Position numbers and translations under genes: made by a program. The notes under the pieces were generated by a model. It saw only the letters and a list, made by a program, of their open reading frames with translations, did no database searches and was not told the DNA's origin. A DNA stretch of 64,000 bases, filler included, from an uncultured Methanosarcinales archaeon (GTDB lineage Archaea > Nanobdellota > Nanobdellia > Woesearchaeales > JABMPP01): the NCBI GenBank assembly GCA_964604995.1. It is 4 parts of 4 records of this genome, joined end to end, with 100 filler letters (N's around TTAATTAATTAA, not from the genome) between each part and the next. Parts side by side here need not be neighbours in the genome. Positions count along the whole stretch, not along the records: positions 1 to 23,175 come from CAZSAD010000027.1; 3 more parts are not named here. The stretch is one strand, 5' to 3'. Below, in pieces: positions 9,418-19,188 of this stretch. Positions within the stretch are counted from its first letter, which is position 1. Each line of letters opens with the position of its first letter.

Positions 9418-9873
9418 TTAATTTTTACTGTAGGAAAAATTAACTGCAATTCTTTGTGCAATGCCTTCAGGTGTTAGTTCATAAAAAGGTAATATATCAG
9501 TTACTTTTTCTGCTCCATTAGAAATGTCGCCCATATATTTTCCGCCAGTCACTGAATGTAGTGAACCTTCTTTTCCAATTTCAAAAGAATAAAAATCGTC
9601 AGGATTTGTTGAGTTGTGATAAACAACAAGTTTACCATTAATCTTTCCTGCTTCAATACCTTTTTTTGCAAGAATTTTAGCAACTTCTGTTACAATACCA
9701 TTACTACTAGAATTAAGATTAGTATTTGTTTCATCTAAAGATTTGTGTATGCCATTAGTTGGAATAAATGGAAATTGTAATTTTGTACCTGCCGGAAGAC
9801 CAAACGCTACTTCTGCAAAAGTTTTCAAGCCTTTACTGTCCAAAGTTTGTGAATTATTATTTATACCACTCAT
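9418..9873 (-). CDS. hypothetical protein
   Basis: 151-aa ORF with an AGGTGG RBS-like sequence upstream; no recognised motif. Confidence 0.6.
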   Translation of the reverse strand: MSGINNNSQTLDSKGLKTFAEVAFGLPAGTKLQFPFIPTNGIHKSLDETNTNLNSSSNGIVTEVAKILAKKGIEAGKINGKLVVYHNSTNPDDFYSFEIGKEGSLHSVTGGKYMGDISNGAEKVTDILPFYELTPEGIAQRIAVNFSYSKN

Positions 9874-10032
9874 TTTTTACCACCTTTGAGCCCAACTAAA
9901 TACAAATATAAAAAGATAGAATGTCAAAACTACTTTTATATATGACGCGCTAAATAAAACAATTAAATGACAAAATGTTCTAAATATAACAAAATAGTAA
10001 AGTTTAATAATCTATAGAAATTGCTTGGATAT

Positions 10033-10665
10033 ATGAGTACAGCAGATCTTACTGAAAAATATATTGAAACCCACAGAGGCATTAAAGATTGTCTAAAAGA
10101 GGGTCTTATTAATTATTCTTCTTTGGCAAGAAAGATTGCACATGATTTAGAAATAGAGAGAAAAACCAGCAAAGAAGCTGTGATGGTTGCAGCAATTAGA
10201 TACGCTAAAAAAATAAAAAATGAAAAAAAACATGAAGAAGAGATAATTGCCCTTCTTAGAAAGAGCCAGCTTGATATTAAAACTAAGATATCAATATTTA
10301 CACTTGAAAAAGATGCAAATGATGATCATCTTATTGAACTAGAAAAAATGGCTAGAAAAAATGAAGATGTATTTTTTTTAATTGAAGGAACAAGATCAAT
10401 TACTTTAATGATATCACATTATTATAATGACGAAGTCAAAAAATATTTCAAGAATAAAATAGTAAATGAAAGTTATAAAAATGCAATGGTCATAATTAAA
10501 AGTCCAGAATCAATTGAAAAAATAATAGGAGTTTTGGCATATGTTTCTGGTACATTTGCAGATAATAAAGTAAATATTATAGAAAGTCTTAGCTGCTGGA
10601 AAGATAGTATATTTATCGTGAAGGAAGAAGATGTTTCAAAAGTTATGGAATTTATGAAATTCTAA
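10033..10665 (+). CDS. ACT-domain protein (aspartokinase regulatory-like)
   Basis: GLINYSSLAR N-terminus and C-terminal ACT (GVLAYVSGTFADNKVNIIESLSC). Confidence 0.8.
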   Translation: MSTADLTEKYIETHRGIKDCLKEGLINYSSLARKIAHDLEIERKTSKEAVMVAAIRYAKKIKNEKKHEEEIIALLRKSQLDIKTKISIFTLEKDANDDHLIELEKMARKNEDVFFLIEGTRSITLMISHYYNDEVKKYFKNKIVNESYKNAMVIIKSPESIEKIIGVLAYVSGTFADNKVNIIESLSCWKDSIFIVKEEDVSKVMEFMKF

Positions 10666-10698
10666 AAGTATTGTTATCCATATGAAAAAGAAGGCTGA

Positions 10699-10872
10699 AT
10701 ATTTGATTTTTCAAATGGAATTGAGACACCTGCAATAACTTGGATATATGGAGAAAAGGTTGCAATAATGCTTTTATCTGAAGTGCCAATAATTTTTTCA
10801 ATAAGAAGTAAAGAAGTGTGTGAATCATATAAACAATTTTTTGAATTAATCTGGAAGGGTTCTGAAAAATAA
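10699..10872 (+). pseudogene. C-terminal remnant of a TrmB-like transcription regulator
   Basis: The frame reads ETPAITWIYGEKVAIMLLSEVPIIFSIRSKEVCESYKQFFELIWKGSEK*. It is preceded by an in-frame TGA (10696) and has no HTH domain. Confidence 0.65.
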
Positions 10873-10918
10873 TCATCTTAATTTTCCAGCAACCTTTTTA
10901 AACCTCCTACTTTTCTTC

Positions 10919-12001
10919 ATGCACATGTCTAGACGTTCAAGAAGAAAGAAAGAAAAAATGCTAGGAACTCAATTTGAAATTGAGACAAGTAATTCACAAG
11001 AAACTAATGTGCAAAAAGTAGATAAAGCAGATTCATCAAAGAAGAAAATAATTAGTTTTGCAAGTACCCATAAAGTACAAGAATATTCTCACGATGGAAA
11101 AAAATATGGCAAAATACTCCAATTCTATGATAAACACTACAAAGCATTGCTTATTATTCCAATTGTATTGTTAATTTTATCTTTTATTCAAATTGGTTAT
11201 CAAACTTATACAACAGGAGATTTTATTCAAAAAGGAATTACTCTAAAAGGTGGAATTACAATAATGGTTCCAACTGATAAAGCAATAGATCAAGATAAAT
11301 TAAGTCAGGCTATTTTAACAGAGTTTCCAAAAGTAGATTTGGGTATTAGAACATTAGAATCAACTGGAACTGGAGTTGGCTATGTTATTGAAGCTGATTT
11401 AAAAACAACACAGGAAACTGATAAATTATTAAAAATAATTGAAACTGAAACAGGAATTTTGGAATCGAATTATGGTATTGAAACAATTGAGCCAAGCTTG
11501 GGTTCAAGTTTTTTCAAAGAAGTTGGAATAGCAATGATTGTTGCATTCATCTTTATGGCAATTGTTGTATTCTTAGCATTTAGAACATTTGTTCCTAGTT
11601 TTGCTGCAGTATTTTCAGTTTTTGCCGATATGGTAATGACACTTGCTGTTGTAAATTTATTAGGAATGAAAATTTCAAGTGCAGGTATTGCTGCTTTTTT
11701 AATGTTAATTGGTTATTCTGTTGATACTGATATTTTGTTATCTACAAGAGTTCTTAGAAGAGAAGAAGGGACAGTATTTGATAGAATAGTTGGATCAATT
11801 GGAACAGGTATGACAATGACAGCTTCAACTATTGTTGCTGCAACAGCTGCAATATTACTTACTCCTTCCGAAACTTTAAGACAAATTATGACAATTATTT
11901 TAATTGGATTGTTTATGGACATATTTAACACATGGATTACAAATGCTACAATAATAAGATGGTATGCAGAACATAGACGTAAAAAAACCAGTAAATTTTA
12001 G
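10919..12001 (+). CDS. secF: protein translocase subunit SecF
   Basis: GITLKGG, LIGYSVDTDILL. Confidence 0.93.
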   Translation: MHMSRRSRRKKEKMLGTQFEIETSNSQETNVQKVDKADSSKKKIISFASTHKVQEYSHDGKKYGKILQFYDKHYKALLIIPIVLLILSFIQIGYQTYTTGDFIQKGITLKGGITIMVPTDKAIDQDKLSQAILTEFPKVDLGIRTLESTGTGVGYVIEADLKTTQETDKLLKIIETETGILESNYGIETIEPSLGSSFFKEVGIAMIVAFIFMAIVVFLAFRTFVPSFAAVFSVFADMVMTLAVVNLLGMKISSAGIAAFLMLIGYSVDTDILLSTRVLRREEGTVFDRIVGSIGTGMTMTASTIVAATAAILLTPSETLRQIMTIILIGLFMDIFNTWITNATIIRWYAEHRRKKTSKF

Positions 12002-12010
12002 AGTTAAAAA

Positions 12011-13603
12011 ATGGGAAAATTAAAAAAAATATTCACTAATTTTAGGGTAATTATATTATTGATATTTTTAATACTTGCAACAGTTGCAATTATGCCTAAA
12101 TTTTGGAATGATGGTGTTGCTATTAGAAGCGTTGGTATGAATACTTCTGCTAGTATATCGGGGATAAAAAATCCACTTCCAACTCAAAGTTTAATGAGTA
12201 GAGAAAGGATTATAGAAATAAATGGTGTCAAGATTAAAGATACTGTAGATTATTACAATTTTATTTCTAGCATGCAGGGCAATAGAACTTATACTATCAA
12301 AACAAATGTTGGACTTTATAGAGTAAATGTAAAATATGACCAATCTGGTAAAGTAGAAGATATTGGCCTTAGAGTTATGAATGCACCTAAGACAAATATT
12401 AGAAAAGGATTGGATCTTCAAGGTGGCACAAGAGTTTTACTTAAACCTGAACAAAAAATTAGCGATAATGATATGGGAATTCTTTTGGACAACATGATTC
12501 AAAGATTGAATGTTTATGGATTGTCAGATGTAGTTGTAAGAGAAGCTTCTGATTTATCAGGTAATCAGTATATATCTGTTGAAATTGCAGGAGTAAATGA
12601 AGAAGAAGTAAAAGATTTAATTTCGAAACAAGGCAAATTTGAAGCAACTATTGGTAATATGAGTGTGTTTAAGGGCGGAAATGACGTTACTTATGTTTGC
12701 AGAACTGCGCAATGTTCAGGAATTGATCCAAATGCTGGATGCAGTACAGTTGCAGATGGCACTTGGCTTTGTAGATTTAGATTTTCCATTAGTTTAAGTC
12801 CTGATGCTGCAAATAGGCAAGCTGAGTTAACAAAAGATTTGAGTATTTTAGGAACTGGCAAAGATAATAGTTATTTATCAGAGAAATTAATACTTTATTT
12901 AGATAATAAACAAGTAGATGAATTAAATATCGGATCAGAATTAAAAGGCAAGCCAACAACTGAAGTTGCAATATCTGGCAGTGGTGTTGGCAAAATAAAA
13001 GAAGAAGCAATGAATGATGCTTTGAAAAATATGAAAAAGCTTCAGACAGTGCTTATAACAGGAAGTTTACCTGTGCAATTAGATATTGTAAAAACTGATA
13101 CCATTTCACCAGTGCTTGGAGATAAATTCGTTAAAAATTCTTTATTTATTGGATTAGTATCCATTCTTTCTGTTGCACTAGTTATTTTTATAAGATATAG
13201 AAAATGGCAAGTTTCAATACCAATTATAATCACAATGATTTCTGAAGTAGTATTATTACTTGGAATGGCCGCACTAATTGGATGGAATATTGATATTGCT
13301 GCAATTGCAGGTATTATTGTAGCTGTTGGTACTGGCGTTGATGATCAAATAGTTATTACCGATGAAACTATTATGGCTGGCAAAAAAGATAAGTATGCTT
13401 CTTGGAAAGTACATTTAAAAAATGCATTCTTTATCATATTAGCTGCTTATTTTGCAACTGTTGTTGCAATGTTTCCATTGCTATTTGCAGGAGCTGGATT
13501 ACTTAAAGGATTTGCAATAACTTCCATACTTGGAGTTACTTTTGGCGTATTTATAACAAGACCTGCTTATGCTGCTGCTGTTGAAACATTAGTTAAAGAA
13601 TAA
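12011..13603 (+). CDS. secD: protein translocase subunit SecD
   Basis: KGLDLQGGTR, GTGVDDQIVI. Confidence 0.93.
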   Translation: MGKLKKIFTNFRVIILLIFLILATVAIMPKFWNDGVAIRSVGMNTSASISGIKNPLPTQSLMSRERIIEINGVKIKDTVDYYNFISSMQGNRTYTIKTNVGLYRVNVKYDQSGKVEDIGLRVMNAPKTNIRKGLDLQGGTRVLLKPEQKISDNDMGILLDNMIQRLNVYGLSDVVVREASDLSGNQYISVEIAGVNEEEVKDLISKQGKFEATIGNMSVFKGGNDVTYVCRTAQCSGIDPNAGCSTVADGTWLCRFRFSISLSPDAANRQAELTKDLSILGTGKDNSYLSEKLILYLDNKQVDELNIGSELKGKPTTEVAISGSGVGKIKEEAMNDALKNMKKLQTVLITGSLPVQLDIVKTDTISPVLGDKFVKNSLFIGLVSILSVALVIFIRYRKWQVSIPIIITMISEVVLLLGMAALIGWNIDIAAIAGIIVAVGTGVDDQIVITDETIMAGKKDKYASWKVHLKNAFFIILAAYFATVVAMFPLLFAGAGLLKGFAITSILGVTFGVFITRPAYAAAVETLVKE

Positions 13604-13671
13604 AAATTATAAATAAAATAGTAATTTGTTTTATTATTTTTAAGTTGAATAATACTTAAAAGGTAAAAAAA

Positions 13672-14058
13672 ATGAAAACTCATTGGTGGGCTATTGTTCT
13701 TACTATAATAACGACATTATTTACTTCTACTGCTCAAATTTTTTATAAAATGGGTGCTAGCAAACTTGAATTTAATTTGTTTGCATTAATGTCAAATTAT
13801 AATATAATTATTGGTGGGATTCTTTATGCAATTGGTGCTGCACTTATGATAATTGCATTAAAAGGGGGAGAAGTAACTGTAGTTTATCCTATAATTGCAA
13901 CAAGCTATATTTGGGTAAGTTTACTTTCCAATAGAATATTTGGAGAAGAATTAAATGTTTATAAGTGGATTGGAATTGGAGTAATTATTTTAGGAATAAC
14001 ATTTATATCATTTGGAAACAAATTTGCAAAAGATAAAGATGAGGTCGCATTGATATGA
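13672..14058 (+). CDS. small DMT/EamA (ArnE/F-like) membrane protein
   Basis: Four TM helices, GEVTVVYPIIATSYIW. Confidence 0.8.
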   Translation: MKTHWWAIVLTIITTLFTSTAQIFYKMGASKLEFNLFALMSNYNIIIGGILYAIGAALMIIALKGGEVTVVYPIIATSYIWVSLLSNRIFGEELNVYKWIGIGVIILGITFISFGNKFAKDKDEVALI

Positions 14059-14408
14059 CTACACAACTTTGGGCAGTTGGATTAGTATTATTTGGAGTAG
14101 CAGTTGGATCAGCTGGACCATTATTATTGAAGAAAGCTTCTTCAGAAATACATCGTGACATTAAAAGCATTTTTAAGAGCAAAAATTTGTTGTATGGTCT
14201 TTTTGTGTATGGCATTGCAACCTTACTTTTTATTCCTGCATTAAAAGGAGGGGACTTATCTGTATTATATCCATTAGTTGCAACAAGCTATATTTGGGTA
14301 AGTTTACTTTCTGTTAAATATTTAGGAGAAAAGATGAATAATTATAAATGGACAGGAATAATATTAATTATATTGGGTGTTGCTTTTATTGGTTATGGAA
14401 GCATCTAA
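14055..14408 (+). CDS. small DMT/EamA (ArnE/F-like) membrane protein, paralog
   Basis: Four TM helices, GDLSVLYPLVATSYIW; overlaps the previous stop. Confidence 0.8.
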   Translation: MTTQLWAVGLVLFGVAVGSAGPLLLKKASSEIHRDIKSIFKSKNLLYGLFVYGIATLLFIPALKGGDLSVLYPLVATSYIWVSLLSVKYLGEKMNNYKWTGIILIILGVAFIGYGSI

Positions 14409-14457
14409 TATGTAACAACCATAGTTTAAAGTTATAAATTATTTAGAGGTATTAAAA

Positions 14458-15144
14458 ATGGTTAAAACTATTGTTTTGTCATTGGGTGGATCTTTGATTG
14501 CACCTAATACACCCGACATTTCATTTCTAAAAAAACTTCGAGAAGAGATTATTTGCTTTGTAAAAAAAGGAAACAAAGTGATTTTGGTTTGTGGAGGAGG
14601 AGGAACAAGCAAATTTTATAATAATGCTGCAAATAAAGTTACAAACAACAAAATTTCAAATAATGATCTTGACTGGCTTGGAATTGCTGCAACTAAAATA
14701 AATGCTGAATTAATAAGAGTAGTTTTTGCAAAGTATGCTTATGAAAAAGTAATTTATGAACCAATAAAAAAAATAAAAACAAATAAAAAAATTATTGTTG
14801 CTTCTGGATGGAAACCCGGATTTTCAACTGATTATGATGCAGTTGCATTAGCAATTAATTTTAAAGCAGATATTGTTGTTAATTTAACCAATGTTGATTA
14901 TGTGTATAATAAAGATCCAAAAAAATATAAAGATGCTAAAAAATTTAAGTATTTGACATGGAACCAATATATTTCAATTGTAGGAGAGAAATGGACACCT
15001 CGAATGCATGCGCCATTTGACCCTATTGCATCAAAACTTGCAAAAGAAAAGGGTATTATTGTAAGAATAATAAATGGGAAAAAGTTCTTGAATATTAAAA
15101 AATTATTACTTGGAAAAGAAGTCGAAGGGACAATAATTTCTTAA
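14458..15144 (+). CDS. pyrH: UMP kinase (archaeal type)
   Basis: VLSLGGS, VCGGG, GWKPGFSTD, TNVDYVY..DPKK, PFDPIA. Confidence 0.92.
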   Translation: MVKTIVLSLGGSLIAPNTPDISFLKKLREEIICFVKKGNKVILVCGGGGTSKFYNNAANKVTNNKISNNDLDWLGIAATKINAELIRVVFAKYAYEKVIYEPIKKIKTNKKIIVASGWKPGFSTDYDAVALAINFKADIVVNLTNVDYVYNKDPKKYKDAKKFKYLTWNQYISIVGEKWTPRMHAPFDPIASKLAKEKGIIVRIINGKKFLNIKKLLLGKEVEGTIIS

Positions 15145-15175
15145 TTTTTTTATATCTATTTTATTATATTAATTG

Positions 15176-15706
15176 TCAAATATAATCCTTTATCTCATGT
15201 CTCCACTGCTCATGTAAAAGCCATGCAACAAGGATAATTGCATCAATTCCGACCATTACATCTTGACCAAATGGATGCATACAAAATGAGATTGGGTAGC
15301 CTGGAAAGACATTTAGCAAACCATCTGCAGCGAGAGTGCAATCAAATAATATATGCATGAACCACCCAAATGCTAGTGCCATGAAAAATAGAACAATATT
15401 ATCTTTAGGCACATTGTATTTCAAGATTTTATAATCCCTATTTTTTGCAAAAAGATAAAATCCTAGCCCTATGAAAAATAAGACTATGAACCAAAGCATT
15501 GAATGCGTGTATAATCTATGAAAATTGTAATTAGTTTTAAAGAGCCAATTAAATACCCAACTTACAGGAATATCTAAATCAGGTAGTAAACCTGCTATAC
15601 CTGCAATTAGAACATACCAAGGCGAGAATTTCTTTTTAACAACATAGTCCCTGTATAAATCAACTATGACAATAGTTAGTATTACATGTGTTACTGAATA
15701 AGGCAT
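15176..15706 (-). CDS. membrane metal-dependent hydrolase (YdjM-like)
   Basis: TH, LPDLD, HRLYTHS, HILFD motifs. Confidence 0.8.
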   Translation of the reverse strand: MPYSVTHVILTIVIVDLYRDYVVKKKFSPWYVLIAGIAGLLPDLDIPVSWVFNWLFKTNYNFHRLYTHSMLWFIVLFFIGLGFYLFAKNRDYKILKYNVPKDNIVLFFMALAFGWFMHILFDCTLAADGLLNVFPGYPISFCMHPFGQDVMVGIDAIILVAWLLHEQWRHEIKDYI

Positions 15707-15838
15707 AGTGCTATAATTTAATTTGTGATATAAATAACTTATGATGAAAAGAGATTAAAAACAATAATCCAACAATAAATAAACTAGTAAAGATAATAAA
15801 AGCAAATTTTATATAATGGATTGAACACGACAAGTATT

Positions 15839-17503
15839 ATGTCATATGCTAATTTTGATAGAAAGTTGAAGGATGTTGGAAGATTAAGACAAATCTTGGA
15901 AGTTTTACTAAAAAATGAATTGGGTTTTTTTATAGAGGCTCTTCGCTTAAAGAGATTTATGCCGCTTAGTAGAACAATGGATAGTACTAAATTCATACAT
16001 AAAGATACCCAACCTTATAGAATAGTTAAAGTCATGGAAGAACTGGGGGGAACATTTGTAAAACTTGGCCAATTGCTTAGTATAAGACCAGATCTTGTGC
16101 CAAAAGAATATACTGATGCATTTTCAACTTTACAAGATCAAGTTCCAGCTTTTCCTTATTCACAAGTAAAAGCTATTGTAGAAAAAGAACTTGGAAAAAA
16201 GTTGAAAGATGTTTTCTTAAGTTTTGATCCAGTACCTGTTGCAGCTGCATCAATTGGTCAGGTACATATAGCAAAATTGAAAGATGGAAAAAAAGTTGCA
16301 GTCAAAATCCAAAGACCTGGAATTGACAAGTTATTCAAAACCGATATTGATATGATGTATCTTTTTGTTTATTTATTTCAAAAATATCATCCACAAGATG
16401 TTGTTAACATCAAAGAAATAGTTGAAGAATTTGAAGAATACACTGTAAAAGAGATGAGTTATAGCAATGAAGCAAAAAATATTGATGCATTTTTTAAAAA
16501 TCCGAGTGATAATACTTCAACAAAAATCCCAAAGGTATATTTTGATTATAGCACAGATAAAGTGCTTACAATGGAATATGTTGAAGGAAGAAAGTTATCT
16601 GAACTATTAAAAAGTAAGAAATTATTTAACAGAAAGCTTATTGCAAGAAATATTGTTGATTCTGTTTTAAGTCAAGTTTTTGTAAATGGGGTATTTCATG
16701 CAGATCCTCACCCTGGGAATATTTTGATTATGCCAAATTATAATATTGCATGGCTTGATTTTGGAATTGTTGGTTATTTTTCTGAAGATTTAAAAGAAAA
16801 AGCAACTGATATATTTGTGTCAGTCATAGAAGGGGATGTTGAAATGTTATCAACGAGCCTTATGAATGTTGGTGTTGTGGAAGATGGTGCAGATATTGAA
16901 GTTTTTAAAGAAGATTTACATAAAAATTTGAATAGATTTTATGGTGCTGAAATTAAGGATATTAATATAGGCGAATTATTTCAAGAAATTTTAAATTTAG
17001 CTAAAAAACACCATCTTAAACTTCCAAAAGATTTTATTTTACTTGGAAAAACAATTATTACAACACAAGGAGTTGCAATGGAACTTGATCCAACTTTTAA
17101 TCTTGTTGCGGTTGCAAAACCATTTGTTGAAAAACTTATAAGACAAAGAAATAGCCCAAAAAAAATATTTGGAAAAGTAATGAAATCTGCTATACAATTT
17201 AAAGAGTTTATTGCTGAAATGCCTAAACAAGCTAATGAACTTGTTTTAAGAATTAGACAAACTGAAAAAATTGGTGAAAAGCTTGATTCTGATATGCAAA
17301 ATATGACTGCAGAGATTGATAGATCAAGCAATAGAATTGCACTGGGTCTTTTAATAACTGCTTTTTTGATTTCGAGTGCAATTATCTGGAGTTTTAACCA
17401 GCCACAAGCTTTTGGATTGCCTTTATTTTCAATAATTGGGATAGCTATTGCCTTTGTCTTGTTTTTTATTCTTACATTTTCAATAGCAAAAGAAAAATTC
17501 TAG
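15839..17503 (+). CDS. ABC1/AarF/UbiB family atypical kinase
   Basis: VKLGQLLSIRPD, AAASIGQVH, VAVKIQRP, FHADPHPGN, LDFG, C-terminal TM helices. Confidence 0.93.
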   Translation: MSYANFDRKLKDVGRLRQILEVLLKNELGFFIEALRLKRFMPLSRTMDSTKFIHKDTQPYRIVKVMEELGGTFVKLGQLLSIRPDLVPKEYTDAFSTLQDQVPAFPYSQVKAIVEKELGKKLKDVFLSFDPVPVAAASIGQVHIAKLKDGKKVAVKIQRPGIDKLFKTDIDMMYLFVYLFQKYHPQDVVNIKEIVEEFEEYTVKEMSYSNEAKNIDAFFKNPSDNTSTKIPKVYFDYSTDKVLTMEYVEGRKLSELLKSKKLFNRKLIARNIVDSVLSQVFVNGVFHADPHPGNILIMPNYNIAWLDFGIVGYFSEDLKEKATDIFVSVIEGDVEMLSTSLMNVGVVEDGADIEVFKEDLHKNLNRFYGAEIKDINIGELFQEILNLAKKHHLKLPKDFILLGKTIITTQGVAMELDPTFNLVAVAKPFVEKLIRQRNSPKKIFGKVMKSAIQFKEFIAEMPKQANELVLRIRQTEKIGEKLDSDMQNMTAEIDRSSNRIALGLLITAFLISSAIIWSFNQPQAFGLPLFSIIGIAIAFVLFFILTFSIAKEKF

Positions 17504-17513
17504 AGGTGAAAAT

Positions 17514-17898
17514 ATGATTGATACTGTAAAAAAAGGATTACTTTTAGGTTTAGGCATTGCAACATTAACTGAAAAAGAGATAAGGAAAAACGTTGATGTT
17601 TTTGTTGAAAAAGGCCATATTAAAGCTAATGAAGCANNNNNNNNNNAAAATACAAAAGCAAAGAATTGAAAAATTAGCAGAAGCTCAGGCTAAAAAGCAT
17701 CTTGCAAAAGTAGATAAAAATACAAGAGCAGAATTAATTGCCTTGAAATTAAAGATTATGAATTTAGAAAAAAAGATTGAGAATAAAGCAATGATTTATG
17801 GCAAAAGCACTGCAAAAAAATTATTAAATAAATTAAACAAAAAAACAACTAAGGAAAAAGCAAGAACGACTAAAAAGAAAACAAAGAAAAGAAGGTAA
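17514..17898 (+). CDS. phasin-like (PhaF/PhaI-type) protein with Lys-rich tail; spans a 10-N gap
   Basis: ATG at 17514 follows GAGGTGA: MIDTVKKGLLLGLGIATLTEKEIRKNVDVFVEKGHIKANEA. After the gap it continues as a coiled coil with a KKTTKEKARTTKKKTKKRR tail. Confidence 0.65.
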
Positions 17899-17967
17899 AT
17901 GCCTTTTCATTTACTTTCCGTTCCCTATAAAGATTTATAAAAGGAAGTGAATTTTCTTAAAGCTAAG

Positions 17968-18675
17968 ATGGAAAAAGAAAAAAAGATACCAAAGCACGTT
18001 GGTATCATAATGGATGGAAACAGAAGATATGCAAAAAGGTTATTTATGCAACCTTGGCTTGGCCATGAAAAAGGTGCTAAAAAAGTTGAAGCTCTTTTTG
18101 ACTGGTGTAAAGAAATAGGAATTAAACAAGTTACATTATATACTTTTTCCGTTGAAAATTTTGGAAGGCCAAAAGATGAAGTAGATTTTCTCATGAAAAT
18201 TTTTAAAGAAAATTTTAAGCGACTTTTGAATGATGATAAAATAATGAAAGAAGGTATAAAAGTGAATTTTATAGGAAGAATTAGTATGTTCGATTTGAAA
18301 ATACAAGATATGATAAAAAAAGTCATGGAAAAAACAAAAAACAATTCCAATTATACTGCTAATTTTGCTATGGCTTATGGTGGAAGGCATGAAATAACTG
18401 ATACTACAAAAAAAATTGCACAAAAAGTAAAAGATGGAAAAATTAGAGTTGAAGATATAAATGAAGAATTATTTAGAGAAAATTTGTATTTACAAGATTA
18501 TCCAGATATTATAATTAGAACAGCTGGAGAAAAAAGAACATCTGACTTTCTAACTTGGCAAGGTGCTTATTCTGAACTTATGTTCATTGATAAAACATGG
18601 CCTGAATTTGAAAAAGAAGATTTGATTGAAGTAGTTGAAGAGTATAATAGAAGAGAGAGAAGATTTGGTAAATAA
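17968..18675 (+). CDS. uppS: cis-prenyltransferase (polyprenyl diphosphate synthase)
   Basis: HVGIIMDGNRR, FSVENF, YGGR, RTAGEKRTSDF, RRFG. Confidence 0.95.
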   Translation: MEKEKKIPKHVGIIMDGNRRYAKRLFMQPWLGHEKGAKKVEALFDWCKEIGIKQVTLYTFSVENFGRPKDEVDFLMKIFKENFKRLLNDDKIMKEGIKVNFIGRISMFDLKIQDMIKKVMEKTKNNSNYTANFAMAYGGRHEITDTTKKIAQKVKDGKIRVEDINEELFRENLYLQDYPDIIIRTAGEKRTSDFLTWQGAYSELMFIDKTWPEFEKEDLIEVVEEYNRRERRFGK

Positions 18676-18743
18676 TCATTTGAAAAATAAATTTATTCAA
18701 GTGTTGTTTTAGACAAAGTTATTTTAGTTATTCTTTAGTTAGC

Positions 18744-19055
18744 TTATTTCTTACCAAGCTGTGTATCAAACCATTTGGCATAATTCTTTTCTGCATAATA
18801 AACATTCCAGCCTTCTATGCAGGGTATTTTGTAGGAGTGTAAACACTTAATTTCATTTTTTACTTTTGCAAAATATTTTTTTGATGTTTTGATAATAATA
18901 GCATATTCTTTGGACTGTTCTATTTTATTATTCCATAAATATCTGCTGTTTACTGGAAAAATATTACAACAGCCTGCTAATTTTCTTTTAAGAAGACTAA
19001 GAGCTATTAATTCAGCTTCTTTTTTATTTTTACATGTAGTATAAACAATTATCAT
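18744..19055 (-). CDS. cutA: divalent cation tolerance protein CutA
   Basis: LAGCCNI, SRYLW, HSYKIPCI. Confidence 0.9.
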   Translation of the reverse strand: MIIVYTTCKNKKEAELIALSLLKRKLAGCCNIFPVNSRYLWNNKIEQSKEYAIIIKTSKKYFAKVKNEIKCLHSYKIPCIEGWNVYYAEKNYAKWFDTQLGKK

Positions 19056-19188
19056 AATTAGTAACGATAATCTAGGATATAAAAAGTTATTTGAAATTTT
19101 TAAAAATAGCGTATAAAAGTAGATGGATATTATATAATGATGATCAATTAGGCAAATATTTATAATATCTATTTAGCTTCTAGGTATT

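Noticed and set aside
10652..10876. Minus-strand 74-aa ORF
   Set aside because: Antisense shadow of the plus-strand TrmB-like remnant.
17593..17636. ORF-track start MMFLLKK
   Set aside because: Wrong frame caused by the N gap; the 17514 start has an RBS and a phasin-like sequence.
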